DNA of 64,000 bases from Octopus bimaculoides. Lineage: Eukaryota. The DNA is taken from the NCBI RefSeq assembly GCF_001194135.2, contig NC_068994.1:48800395-48864394 (forward strand). The letters run 5' to 3'. The translations under genes were made by a program, and so were the position numbers. Below the pieces are notes generated by a model. It searched no databases. It had not been told where the DNA came from and saw nothing but the letters and a program-made list of their open reading frames with translations. This document shows, in pieces, positions 37,561 through 51,297 of the stretch (position 1 is the first letter of the stretch; each line of letters begins with the position of its first letter).

Positions 37561-40177
37561 TCTACATAATGAAATTGCAATAATTTTCTTCTAAAAATGT
37601 AATTGGAATGTTGACAATATTCCATGTAATTCTTGGCACTCACTGCAAGATATAGATCAATGATCTCTACTACATCCTCCTCACCTGGCTGCTAAGGTTC
37701 TTCCTCCTACTTGATACACTTTGGAAAATGTTTGATGAGAACAGCATTCAGCCATAGAAAATGTGGCCCCCCGGATGAAATGTACGAACGAGACTGGATC
37801 GTTGTTAGTTGTATTACAACTACTTGTCTACAAAGGCAGCTACTCTAAATGGGAACTGATGCAGGACAGTGGGGACTTAATAGTCCTTCTCAAACGGTAC
37901 AACTGGTCTAGTGCTGGTTTTGTGACAAAATGCACCCACTCATTATACCGTAATGCCACAGTTGGTCGATTTTTCTCTGATGTGTGCTATGATTGTCCAA
38001 CTCACGTCTATACCTATATATATATATAATGTGGTATGTGTATTAGCAGAATGACTTATTACGTTTATGAATTTGTGTTGCAAGATTCCTGATGTGAAAA
38101 TGTGTGTTGAAACAGATATTGTTGTATTTTGGGATGATTTTTTTTTTGCTGTTTTTTCCAAATAAACACATGCACTATATATTCGTTCTTCACTTCCATT
38201 GTCCGGAAGTCTTTTGTCACACACCTGTGACCTCTTCAGTGACACTTTCCGTCCTCGTGTGTGCTCCAGTCTCTTAAATATTACTCACACCATAAGTCAA
38301 TGGTCAACTCAAAAGACATCTGCAGATCTGCATCAAATTCCATGCAGTGGGATCAGACTTGGAACCACATGGTTGCAGAGCAAACTTCTTCACTAATTAC
38401 TCATCTGTACCTGTGTTATGAGTTCAAATCCTTCCCCAAATCAACTTTACCCGTATCAAAAATGGGGACAGGGTATGTTATTAGATCATCATAACATACT
38501 AGATTCAGTTCAGCCTGCTAAGCCATACTCCATTATAGAAATTTTACTTCCTGTCTCTTGTCTAGTTAATAGAAAATTACCATTAACTCAACTTACGTAA
38601 TAGATTACATTGCTTTGAAATTTAGTTTTTGATAAATTTAGCCTGTCTCTTCCTTACCACTACTCTGTGAAATTTGATGTGGTAAGGCACATGAATACAT
38701 TAGAGTAAGAATAAACTACATATTTATTACAGATTTGTGGTTTTATGTGAATTTTTATGGGTTTTTTTTTTTTTTACTTTACTATACTATACTACTTTTA
38801 TTCCCATCCCCACCCCACCAGCTTGAAATTTCAAATTTCAGCTGTCTTTACTAATAATTGGAAGATGATAGCAGACTTGAATTAAAAAAAAAAAATTTTT
38901 TTTTTAAATTCTTCAGAAGTGAAATTAATGTTCAATTAAAAAAAAAATGAAAAAATATATTTTTTTCCCTTTTTAAAATTAGAAAAAAATTTTTTTTTTT
39001 TAAAATTCATATTTGAGTTGAGATTTCTTTTTCTATCAGGCAATTGTTCTTTCTTGATGTTGGGTTTATGAAAACACTTCCGGGTTTATGAAATTGGAAT
39101 TTCCAGTTGCAAAAGGAGCTGTAGGTGGGTGGTTTTCTGATAAAGGGAGGAAGGACAGATGCCAGTCAAAATTTCCATTCCATCCTTGCTGTTTACAATT
39201 GGCTATGTCTATATGTGTTTCTCTTCTACTAACAAAGTTTTCTTGCCTTTTGCAGAAAAGGCAGAAGAAATTCAGTACGTTAACCAGAAGGACTCAGTAT
39301 ACACCCAGTCCATATCAATTAGTCATTTTAAATAACAAGGACAACAAATTACTAATAGGCGGAAATCCTTATTAATCTTCATGAAAGAAAAAGCATAATA
39401 TATTTAGTTAATAGGCCCAAATCTAAGAGAACACAAAATTACATATCAAATAATCAACAACTCTGTTAGTTTCAATGATGAATATTCCAGAAAGAAGATA
39501 ATTCATCTGAATTATCTGCAGACTGAATATAAGTGGCTGAATATCCCACAGACACTTACACTCTTTAACATAATCATCAGACAGAATTAGAATGTCCATT
39601 CATAATCTCCATCTGCTCAGTTTCATTCACATGGGGTCAACCTGAGGTTATATGGTAAAAAAAACTTGGCCATCATGCTCTGCAGTGGGATTGAACCTGA
39701 GACGTTATGATTATGAAATGACCTTCTTAATCATTTGGCTATGTCATTTACAGTTCGACTTCATTACAGATGTTTTATAACTCACTAAGAGGACATAGCT
39801 TTTGCTTGCCTCATGACAAAGCTATTATATAATGAATGTATGTATGTATGTATGGTGTTGTTTAGCCCCAGGTGCTCCTGATTGAGCAACCATTCCAACC
39901 ATGATCATCCAGTACAGTTTCACCCAGGACCAAAAGGGGTAGGTTGTTATTTGTGGGATATTTAAGCAGTTCAAGTGAACGCAAAGAGGCTCCAGTGTTG
40001 GCTTGTATATTAATGTGTATTTTTTTTTATGGAGGAATGGCCACAGCGTGAACTCATATCTTCTCTAGTTTAGAAATTTGCCTCTGTAGCATATCGACTT
40101 TGTTCTGCTGTCGTATCTCCTGAAAGTAAGACGGTTGACTGGGTACAGTTTTAGACCACGTGTTCTTGTGTTGTTAT

Positions 40178-40431
40178 CTTTTATCTTTTACTTGTTTCAC
40201 TCATTAGACTGTGGCCATGTTGAGTCACTGCCTTGAATTTCTTGTCATATAAGTTGACTCCAGTACATTTTTTTTAAAGCCTGGTACTTACCCTATTGAT
40301 CTCTTTTGCCAAACCAAGTTATGGAAATGTAAACACCAACATTGGTTGTCAAGTGGTGATGGTGGGGATAAACACACATACACGCACATATGATGGGCTT
40401 CTTTCAGTTTCTGCCTACCAATTCCACTCTC
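40178..40431 (-). mobile_element. Family-1 SINE, 5'-truncated, CpG-decayed
   Basis: Homologous to 1728-1990 with TG/CA at consensus CG positions. Confidence 0.85.
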
Positions 40432-41585
40432 TCTTAAGCCAGTGGTTGGTTCTTGTTTAATGTGGTCAAGCTGACCTGTAATCAAAGACATTTTGACTAT
40501 TACAAACCCATCTTTTCTGACATATTATCTTAGACTACATTATCCAATAATTCCTTCTCTGTTTTGAAAGCAGCTGCATGATTTGAAAGAGATGGCTGTT
40601 ATTTCTAGCAGGTTGAATGACCATGTAGTAGTCCCCCTTTGTTAGCTTGTGATGGCTGTTGGAAGACTTTGATAAGTGCTACATGTTGGCATAAAAATCA
40701 TCATGCCCGTACAGGATATCCCCTACCATGTGACCCTTTTGTCAGGTTTTGAAGGTGCTCCCATCACTAGAAACATCTTCCTTTCTATTCAAAGAAGAAA
40801 AATTGAATGAAGGAAAGAGAAAAATATAAGGTACCAAAAATAATGATTAGCACATCTTGTCTATCTAGTGTATCAGAATATAAAGGCGGCAGCTACCTTT
40901 TAGAAAATTTACTTCTGGTTAGAAAGAAGGAAAAAAAAAAGTGGAAAGAAATCTTGGCATATACAGTAGAAATTGCATCAGCAGTAACTAGAGTACTAAC
41001 AGCTAAATAACAGCCAATGATGGTGATATTGATGATGATGATGTTAGCAATACAGTTTTATTTTATCAAAAGAAAAAGCTTCTGAATAAAATAAAAATAA
41101 AATAAAAAAAGATTATTATTTATTATTATTACTAGCGCTGTTAATAGTAGTAGTAATTTGGTAGAACCAATAACAGTATGGACTACATTTATTTCTGTAT
41201 TTAATAGTTTTTCTACTTTGAAATTCAAATGGTACTGGGGTTAACTTTGCTTTTCATCCCACTGGGTGTTGATAAAATGAAAACTAGTAATATGTCAATT
41301 CAATTGACTATATATCTCCTCCATTGCCAAAAAAAATCAATATATGCCTCAGGCAAAAAATAAATAAAATAAAATACAAAAGAAAAATGTCTGCAAATAC
41401 CGAACTGACTGAAATGGTTGCAAGCATTGGCAGACAAAATACTTTCTAGTATTAAAGTTATCTTTCTCTTGATTGCTAGTTCAAAACCTGCTGAAGTTTT
41501 GCTTTGCTTTTCATCTAGATGTAAAACAATAATTATCTTCGAGAGACTGGGGGCTCATTCTGTCTTTCCTTTTTTTTTTTTTTAG

Positions 41586-41616
41586 CTCCTGGCATAATAT
41601 TGACCTGGAGTTTAAG
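41586..41616 (+). CDS. Candidate exon (terminal SWHNIDLEF* or internal PGIILTWSF)
   Basis: Poly-T tract plus TAG acceptor, followed by gtaatc; lies just before the end of the CpG-poor block. Confidence 0.2.
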
Positions 41617-42062
41617 TAATCCATATTGCTCATATTGATGTGTCATTGAAAATTTGATTTTTTTTTTTTGGTATCTCTATTGGAAAACACATTTCTGGTA
41701 ATAACTTGCATCTGATTCGCTCTTGATTTGATCTTTGCCTTGATGGGAAGCTTTTACCATTTGGGAATGTTAAAAATGAAATGGTGGATTGATAAAAGTA
41801 TTGGGTTTTCCTACTCCTGGCAGCCAGGTTGACAGCTGGAGGCAATCCAGAGCTACATGTTACGACCCAGGTACATAACAAAACGCCTGTATTGGATTTG
41901 AACTCAACAGAATTTCAGACAGTGGCATTCAGATAGCCACTAACAGCTATGTCAGACATTGCTCTTCTAACAAGAACGATACATGACTGTCTAGATGCAG
42001 ACCCCTGTTTTCCCAAAGCTAAGGGATGCCACAGTTTGGTGTGTGTGTGTATATGACATCTT

Positions 42063-42105
<43 letters not shown>

Positions 42106-43297
42106 ACTTGTCAAATATGTCATGTAGCACCTTGTTATAAGTGAAAAAATATTTGAAACTGAATGACTGAATATAACCTGATGTATTATAATTAATTTCT
42201 TATTTAATTCATCCTTTGTTAATTATTTCATTGCTACATCCAGTTTAATTTATAATGAAACCAGAGATTAAAAAAAATTTTTTATCTGATTTTTAATTTT
42301 TAAAAAAATTTTGTATTTTACTTTGTTTCCGTAATCTTCTCTTCTCTTTTTAATTTATATTTTCTTTATCCACGTTTCTGAAACTTGCCTTTGTTTGTTG
42401 TGCACATAATAATGCGGTGGGTTAATTCGATTAATTAATGCTGTTGCTAAAAATTTGTCATTAATATCTTTAGTAAATGCATTTCTCTCTTTAAAATTCT
42501 GATTTCAACTCTGCCTTCATGGTTATAAAATATGAAGAAGCTGTCAAAATCAGATTTGATTTATTTGTCTTATACTCACGCCCTCACTTGTTTAAATACA
42601 AAAATACAAAGAAGGAACATTAACATGTGTGTGCTTGTTATTGTAGCATATGTCGTAGGGGTTTAGTAAAAACCCCAGTGAATGGAGTCCTTGTTTAGAC
42701 CCCGATCAACCCCAAACGAGAAATCCGTCTTCCTTCTGTCCTCTCGTATCTTTGAACTACAATGTTAAACTTGTCGCTTTCCTCTTTTAGAAGCTCGGTG
42801 TAATTTGACGAATATTTGGCTGCTATTTTTTAGCAAGATCAACAGTTTCTTTGTTGTCGTCGTCTTTTCTCTTGGCTTTAAATGTCGTAAGCCATAAAGA
42901 AACGCAGTAGTCATGGTTGTTTGTTTATGTGTTTATTTATTCTGAATGTATTTTTTTTTTTTTTAGTATGTANNNNNNNNNNNNNNNNNNNNNNNNNNNN
43001 NNNNNNNNNNNNNNNNNNNNNNNNNNNNNNNNNNNNNNNNNNNNNNNNNNNNNNNNNNNNNNNNNNNNNNNNNNNNNNNNNNNNNNNNNNNNNNNNNNNN
43101 NNNNNNNNNNNNNNNNNNNNNNNNNNNNNNNNNNNNNNNNNNNNNNNNNNNNNNNNNNNNNNNNNNNNNNNNNNNNNNNNNNNNNNNNNNNNNNNNNNNN
43201 NNNNNNNNNNNNNNNNNNTGTACATAAAAAAAACAACAAAAAAAAACACGTGACTTTGTATATAAAGGTAGTGTATATAAAACATCTTATTAGAAAT

Positions 43298-43652
43298 TGT
43301 CATGTGACAATTTGCTGGGGCTGCCTACTGGACCCGAGCAGCGGGAAATTTAGACAGTGTCACGTGATAACTTGCTAGGGCAGCCTGCTGGAGCCTAGCA
43401 GCAGGTACAAAAAGGGGAATTTGACAAGACAGTCCAGTCGGACGCTGACACTCGTTGATGCTGCATCGAAGAGGCCAGGGAATAGAAGACATGCACCCAA
43501 CACCAGAGCTGAAGCCACCTCCGAAAGGGGGGGGGGCGTCACGTCAAAACGGTAGAGGAATAGGGGCCGAAACCGGACGTGGTTCCTCCTGATGATGTCT
43601 TGAGCTAACTGGATCCTATAAAGGAGCTGTTGTGGTAGCAGACCACGAAACA
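43298..43652 (+). mobile_element. LTR-retrotransposon 3' fragment: polypurine tract plus short LTR-like segment
   Basis: GC-rich island; GAAAGGGGGGGGGG (43523-43536) then (C)GTCACG...CCTATAAAGG...GAAACA (43537-43652). Confidence 0.5.
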
Positions 43653-44449
43653 TGGTTGAAATTCCTCAGTTAAAAAAAAGAAAATGAGTGGTGGCGGGAG
43701 TAGAAAGAAAAAATTAGTCTGTCGTATCTCATACGAGAACCTATAAGATTAAGGTTATAATTTTCCGGACTATTAACATCATTTTCGATGTGTATATTTT
43801 TACAGTTTGCTAAAATTTTGTGGTGATAAGGTGGTTTTTGTTAGTACAGTTTATTTTATTTATTCGTTTATTTTTCATGCACATGTCCTCCTCCTCCTCC
43901 CCATTTGAAGTCATTCCTCTGTGGAGATATTTATCAGCTTTTGCTGCGGAACACGACACGGTGTCTACAGCGTGGCTTGAACTGACGACTCTCGTGAGTC
44001 ACAACCACCATGGCTTCAGGCATTGTTGGCTGTACCTATTTAGCTAGCTATTGTGTCCCCAAACACTTTTATGGAGTGTGTTTTATCATGATTCCAACAT
44101 TAGAAATAACCATCTCCCTCTGGAGTGGAAAGACAGGGGCAGAACAACTAGAGCCAATTAACTATTGTTACTTAGTTCAGCGTGCGTGTGTTTTGGGAGA
44201 TTTAATAAGTTTTCGGGGACTTAATAAGGTGCAGTCTTTTATGAATGGTAAACATGTTTGTTTTGGTGGTGCCGGTAGACAGGGAGGAGGAATGTCATGG
44301 TTTGTGCTGGAGATATGTGTACATATTCTCCTTTCTTCCTCTGTTTTCTTTCCTCAAGACTCTTTATGTGCAAAATATACACTCTCTCATTCTGTTATAC
44401 ATATTCTCTTCCCGCCTTTATTTGTCTTAATTTCACTTTAAACATACAC

Positions 44450-44592
<143 letters not shown>

Positions 44593-45090
44593 AGCATATT
44601 TGCACTTCCATCACTCCAAAAATGGCAGTGATAAATTCTGCTCTGATATTTCTTACGCTTTAGTTTTTGTATTGCATCATTTCTGTAATGTATTGCCAAT
44701 AGACATCACTGCTACACGCTCACACATGCCGACGTGTGCACACAGCTTTATATAAATTCTTACAGTATAGATCATTAATGCACACACAGACGCATACAAT
44801 TCTACGTGGGTATGCTCATGTTATACATCTATGTTTATATCAACATTATTGTAGCTATACAGTTGGAAAGTAATAACAAAATTTATCCACGTACACACGC
44901 ACGCAGGCGAAATTTTTTTTAATTAAATAATCGTTTATAATTTATGGCTGGCGCAACTTCCCAACGCTCAGTCGAATAACGGTGTTGGAAATTCTGAGCA
45001 AGTTGTGTCCTAACTTGTTGGTAAAATAGAAAGAGAGAATCACGCAACACATTGATGTATATGCAAGAAATATACCATGTTATGTATATA

Positions 45091-45504
45091 ATTTGACTGT
45101 AGCCATGCTGGAGCACCGCCATGAAGTGTTTCAGTCTAACAAATTGACCCCAGGACTTTTTTTAAAGCCTAGTACTTATTCTATCGGGGATGTAAAAGCA
45201 CCAACACCGGTTATCAAGCAGTGACGGGGCGGGGACAAAGACACACACACACACGACGGGCTCTTGCCGAACCGGTAAGTTACAGGGACGCAAACACACC
45301 AACATCGGTTGTCAAGCGATGGTAGGACACATGGACACACACACACGACGGGCTTCTTTCAGTTTCTGCCTACCAAATCCACTCACAAAGCTTTGATCTA
45401 CCCGAGGCTATAGTAGAAGACGCTTGCCCAAGGTGTCACGCAGTGGGACTGAACCCAGAACCATGTGGTTGGGAAGCAAGCTTTTTCTTACACAGCCACT
45501 CCTA
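45091..45504 (-). mobile_element. Family-1 SINE with internal duplication, CpGs retained
   Basis: Central caccaaca...gtcaagc...acacgacgggc module present twice. Confidence 0.9.
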
Positions 45505-46619
45505 TATATATATTACCTTTATGGTAACACATTGCGCATGGCTGCTTATATATATATNNNNNNNNNNNNNNNNNNNNNNNNNNNNNNNNNNNNNNNNNNN
45601 NNNNNNNNNNNNNNNNNNNNNNNNNNNNNNNNNNNNNNNNNNNNNNNNNNNNNNNNNNNNNNNNNNNNNNNNNNNNNNNNNNNNNNNNNNNNNNNNNNNN
45701 NNNNNNNNNNNNNNNNNNNNNNNNNNNNNNNNNNNNNNNNNNNNNNNNNNNNNNNNNNNNNNNNNNNNNNNNNNNNNNNNNNNNNNNNNNNNNNNNNNNN
45801 NNNNNNNNNNNNNNNNNNNNNNNNNNNNNNNNNNNNNNNNNNNNNNNNNNNNNNNNNNNNNNNNNNNNNNNNNNNNNNNNNNNNNNNNNNNNNNNNNNNN
45901 NNNNNNNNNNNNNNNNNNNNNNNNNNNNNNNNNNNNNNNNNNNNNNNNNTTTTTTTTTTTTTTTTTTTAATATCAGTAAGACAACAACTGACGTATGCTC
46001 TATATTTTAGAGACCACAAGGGTAGTCAATATGTTGTAGAAAATGTTTTGTCAAGATGCAGCGTGCGCGCACAGCAATTAATGTGTTTTGCGTGTGTATG
46101 TGAGATAGTTCATGTGACTACGGTTTATATGTATAAAAGAAAGAAGCGAAAAAGGAATTGTTTTATAAAAAATGCGATTGGGTGTTGTGTCACAAAGCGT
46201 CACTTAACGATCCGATAAAACAACCAGAATGAAATGAGGGCATTTTCAATCTGTGGTGGTATTTCAACGACTGATAGCTTTAACAGAGTGAATTTTTCGT
46301 TTTTGTATTTGGCTTGCAAAGATTCCTGATGAGAACTCGTGTGTTGAAACAAACTTTGTATCTTGGTTGGGTTATTACGCCAATAATAACGCACTCGTTC
46401 AAATTCACTTCTTTAATATTAGCGAGTCGGTTAATTATTTAACTAGCCAACTAAGCGATGGCTTGTTCAAGAAGACGGTTAAACAGTTAATCACTTATTT
46501 GTCGTAGTTCTTTCGTCGCCATCTCATCAATGACATGGCCTCTCTCCTAGGAGCGCTGGAACCGTTCTTTATTTTCTTAATTTTTCTCCCTCCTCTCTCT
46601 TACTTTTTCCTTTTCTTTT

Positions 46620-46945
46620 TTTTTACTTGTTTCAATCATCTGTGACCGTGCAATTCTAAGGGTTGCAATTATCGACAGTTAAGGTGACAAACTGCTAAGT
46701 TTCAGGACATAACCAAAGTGCCTTCTCACGTGCGGTGAAACGTGAAGCCAAACATGGAGACAGACACGCAGTAACATACTTGCTTGCAAAAACACACACA
46801 CAACGGGCTGTGACAGTTTCTCTCTACTAAAATCACTCACAGAGTATTGGTCTGCCCCGTGCTATAGCAGAAGACACATGCCCAAAGTGCTGCGCAATTA
46901 AACTGAACTCGAAACCAGGTTTCTTAAAAGCCACAAAACCACACC
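46620..46945 (-). mobile_element. Diverged family-1 SINE
   Basis: ttttacttgtttca...cactcacag...gctatagcagaagacac...actgaactcgaaacc. Confidence 0.75.
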
Positions 46946-47039
46946 TATATATATAAACATTCTATATATATATATTACTCTACCTCTGGTATTTGAGTAC
47001 TCTTTTTTCCACCTTGCTGCACATTTTATGTGCTTACTC

Positions 47040-47080
<41 letters not shown>

Positions 47081-47100
47081 GTTTATTTATATAGAGAAAA

Positions 47101-47136
<36 letters not shown>

Positions 47137-47754
47137 NNNNNNNNNNNNNNNNNNNNNNNNNNNNNNNNNNNNNNNNNNNNNNNNNNNNNNNNNNNNNNNN
47201 NNNNNNNNNNNNNNNNNNNNNNNNNNNNNNNNNNNNNNNNNNNNNNNNNNNNNNNNNNNNNNNNNNNNNNNNNNNNNNNNNNNNNNNNNNNNNNNNNNNN
47301 NNNNNNNNNNNNNNNNNNNNNNNNNNNNNNNNNNNNNNNNNNNNNNNNNNNNNNNNNNNNNNNNNNNNNNNNNNNNNNNNNNNNNNNNNNNNNNNNNNNN
47401 NNNNNNNNNNNNNNNNNNNNNNNNNNNNNNNNNNNNNNNNNNNNNNNNNNNNNNNNNNNNNNNNNNNNNNNNNNNNNNNNNNNNNNNNNNNNNNNNNNNN
47501 NNNNNNNNNNNNNNNNNNNNNNNNNNNNNNNNNNNNNNNNNNNNNNNNNNNNNNNNNNNNNNNNNNNNNNNNNNNNNNNNNNNNNNNNNNNNNNNNNNNN
47601 NNNNNNNNNNNNNNNNNNNNNNNNNNNNNNNNNNNNNNNNAAGGGTAGAAATTGATATTAATCAATTAAAACCAGTGGTCTAGCATATTAAAAAAATCCG
47701 AAGATTAAATTATATTACATACAAAAATATGTAATAAATTTTAAATAATATGAA

Positions 47755-47788
<34 letters not shown>

Positions 47789-47790
47789 AT

Positions 47791-47827
<37 letters not shown>

Positions 47828-48199
47828 AACATTCTATATAAAATTGAATTGCCTAAATTTCAATAATCAAGAGTGTTTGCATTAGTAATGTGCTCAACAG
47901 TTCCATTGCACTGATCATTGGGTTGGCTTTTAAAGAACTATTGTTCTTAATTCCATTGAACTAGCAAACTTTCAGCAGTAAGTGCCAAACTCCAAGTTCT
48001 CTGACTTGTGGGAATATTTTCCTTATCAGTTTGTTCACTGACAATAAAGCAATTACCGAACCAGAATTTTTTTCTTTCTTTTTTTCCTCCCCATCATTTT
48101 TCAATACACGGTCAATTGCAACATGCGAATATCGATATTCATAATTACATATAACTCCTATATTTCAACATGCGCGCATGTGCAATATGTACCAGCATT

Positions 48200-48288
48200 G
48201 TTTATTGTGGACGAACGAACAAGAGAGAGCATTGGGTACCTTCTCGCGACTCGAATTTCATGCCACAGCGACCGTCAGACCAGAACGT

Positions 48289-48346
<58 letters not shown>

Positions 48347-49060
48347 TCTCTTTTTCTCTCTCTCCCCCTCTCTTTAATTTCCCATATCTATTGGAGATTA
48401 AAAGGACTAAGATATGGTATTAGGGGCTTAGCTGAGACCGAAGCGTACCCATACCTTTTCTCTCCTTTTCCTAAGCTTATTTATCCAACTGTGAAAGTCT
48501 TAAAAATTACATATTGCCTTCTCATTTCTGAGTCATTAACAGTTCGTACCACAAATATCTTCTTTCTTCAAATTTCAGTAAAGGACATACACTATCGTGT
48601 ACGTCAGGCATGGGCAAACCTTTTTGTGAAGCACGTCACGTGAGATATGACTCATTAGAAGGAGGGCCGTAGTTTGCCCATGACTTGTGTGCATCATTCA
48701 GTACATCCGCTCTCTTTTATCTCAGAGACAGGGATCAAATTGTTGTCCATAGTCACTAGCTCCGTCGCGTGACTTTTAAAGGCCCCATCCTGTCAATCAA
48801 AATTCATAATCTACGCACCTTTTATTCGTAGCTATATTTTACTTTATTCTATTTGAAGTTCAATATTTCTCGTTATCCTAAAGAACATCTTTAAAAGTAC
48901 AAGTTGAAATTATTTAGGTCTATTACAAATTTCAATTAGTAAAACTTCCAGATATGAATAGAAGAGCATTTTTATAAACCAGGCAACTTTCAAAGACAAA
49001 CACGGCGCACTTTTCGCTTCGCGAAATCATCGATCGGTTCAGAATAATCAAGCTGAGAGC
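48200..49060. promoter_or_regulatory. CpG-rich promoter-like patch
   Basis: TCTCGCGAC at 48242, TTCGCGAAA at 49018, ATCGAT at 49029, possible minus-strand donor AAG|gtaccc at 48240. Confidence 0.3.
48605..48686. mobile_element. 82-bp hAT-type MITE
   Basis: TIRs CAGGCATGGGCAAAC / GTTTGCCCATGACTT; TSD gtgtacgt/gtgtgcat. Confidence 0.75.
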
Positions 49061-49399
49061 TAAATTCGTGTTCAATTGAGATCATAGACAATCCACAAAG
49101 TCTGGTACACGTTCGTGGTACAATGTAATATTTTTTTACAAGAACTTTTGCAGGTACAAGTTATTACCATTTTGTGTCTTGAAATTTTCAGTTAACATAG
49201 TTTAATTCTTGTTTAACATCTTGACCAAAGTAAATGGAGAACTTATCTACATTCTTTGATTTCAACATGGGGTCCCCTCAACTGCGGAGACCCCCTGCGA
49301 CCACAGGGGTTGCAGGGGCTTAGCGACGCCCCTGAGAGCCTCTAAACATATCAAATCAACCATGAATTCTTAAACTTCTTGAAATTACGTCCCTTGTTC

Positions 49400-49724
49400 A
49401 TTCAGCGTTTTATTCATTTGGCCGCGGTCATGCTGGGGCATTGCCTTGCAGAACTTTTAGTTGAATGAATCGATCCTCGTACTTTTTTTTTTTTAAACCT
49501 GGTACTGATTATAACTGTCACTTCTACCGAACTGTTAAGTTACGGGGACGTGAACACACCAACACCAACTGTCGAACAGTGGTGGAGGGCATACACAGAC
49601 AGAACGACACATACTCAAACATAGGTTCTAGTCTTTTTCATTCGCAAAATGAGCCCCCTTTAATTTTGCTCGGAACCATGTGGTTGGGAAGCAAGCTTCT
49701 TACCTCATAGGCACGTCTGCATCT
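49400..49724 (-). mobile_element. Family-1 SINE with internal deletion or replacement
   Basis: gcggtcatgctggggc...aagttacggggacg...ggaaccatgtggttgggaagcaagc. Confidence 0.85.
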
Positions 49725-50970
49725 TCATTTAGGATATTGTTTCTCTTCTCTCTTCGCCAAGGAAATTTTAATAAAGAATCTATCATGTACGACATTCACT
49801 CCCATCCACCGTTGACTTTGCCATCCAGATTTTTGCAACTGGCTGCATGGCTTTATTTTGCAACACACACACACACAGAAAACCTGCGAGGAAGGTGCAG
49901 AAGTACATAGTAAATAAGCTTTGGAATTTCCTGGAAAATCTCAGATCCTGTTTACACATACATACGCCTATTTGTGCATTGGTATCGAACCACGTGGTTG
50001 CAGAGCACGCTTCTCGATTCATACAACCATATCTAATGTTTGGTTTTAATGTGAACAAGATTACACATCCAGGTCTAAAGGCTATTATATATTTCAACTT
50101 TATGGTTGATTGAGAAAGAAAGAAAACAAAAAGCAATATCAGACTACAGTTTTCTAGCACACACACACACACACACGCGCACACGCGCACACGCACAACG
50201 TGTTTTTCTGTGCTTTCATATTTAACAAAAGCCGAGTGTCTTTTTTCTAGATCTCATGCTGTTTCTACTTAGTTGCTATAGAATTAAAGAAGATCAGCTT
50301 GTATGGTGTTTCAGAATGTAATAAGCTCTAGTGAGTTAAAGAGTAAGGTAAAAATAGTTACCATATAGGATATGAAGAGGGGGGAAAAATACAGTTTTTG
50401 TCGGTTAAAATATGCACCTCTCCCAAATATTTATACGCACGCACACACAGTCTCTCTCTCTTTCTGTACAAACGTATACTAATCCGGATTTATATTATAA
50501 AACATTCAAACCACATGTTGAATCTTTGTACATACGTCAGTTAAAATATTGTTTGCTTACATTTTGTTCAAGGTCTGAAATTGTGTAGGATTTGTTTGTC
50601 TTGTCTTTTTAATTAACCCTCGTATCAAATCCTGATCAAGCTGATATACCATGAAAGGCGGTCCAGCTTTGGCCATCCATTTCAAGCTTAATGAATGTAA
50701 ACTCTGTTATCCTATAATCCGTTTCATCCTGCCATTCTTAGGTTTTTCTTGGTCAGTTTTAAAGCTGTTTAACCTTGTCAACCCTGATTGAATAGTCATA
50801 CGAGCAAAATCATGCTTGTTTTGACCACTCCTTGTCGTTTCTTTATTTAAGATGACAGGGTGTGGTCGATGGAAGTTTGGCTGTTATTTCTAGCAAGGCG
50901 AATGACTTTAAAAAAATGCCATCGTGTTAGCTAGATTTATTTAGTTTGAGTTGAAGAAATCTTTAATGGT

Positions 50971-51297
50971 TTACTGCGGTCATGCTGGGGCACCGCCTTG
51001 AAGGGTTTTAGTTGAACAAATCGACCCTATGCTCATTATTTTAAAGTCGAGTATGTCTTCTATCATCTCTTGCCAAAATGCTTAGTTACATGGACGTAAA
51101 CAAACCAATGCCGGTTGTCAGGCGGTGGCTGAGGACAGACACACACGACGAGTTTCGACAGTTTCCGTCTAACAAATTCACTCACAAGGCATCGGTCGGT
51201 CCGAGTTCATTGCAGAGAACACTTGCCCAAAGTGCCGCGTAACGAAGTTAAACCCGAAACCACGTGACTGCAAAACGAGCTCCTTAACAACACAGCT
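50971..51297 (-). mobile_element. Family-1 SINE, CpGs retained
   Basis: Homologous to 1750-2110. Confidence 0.85.

Noticed and set aside
48208-48225. Minus-strand TTGTTCGTTCG resembling miR-375
   Set aside because: 11-nt match only, with no hairpin partner.
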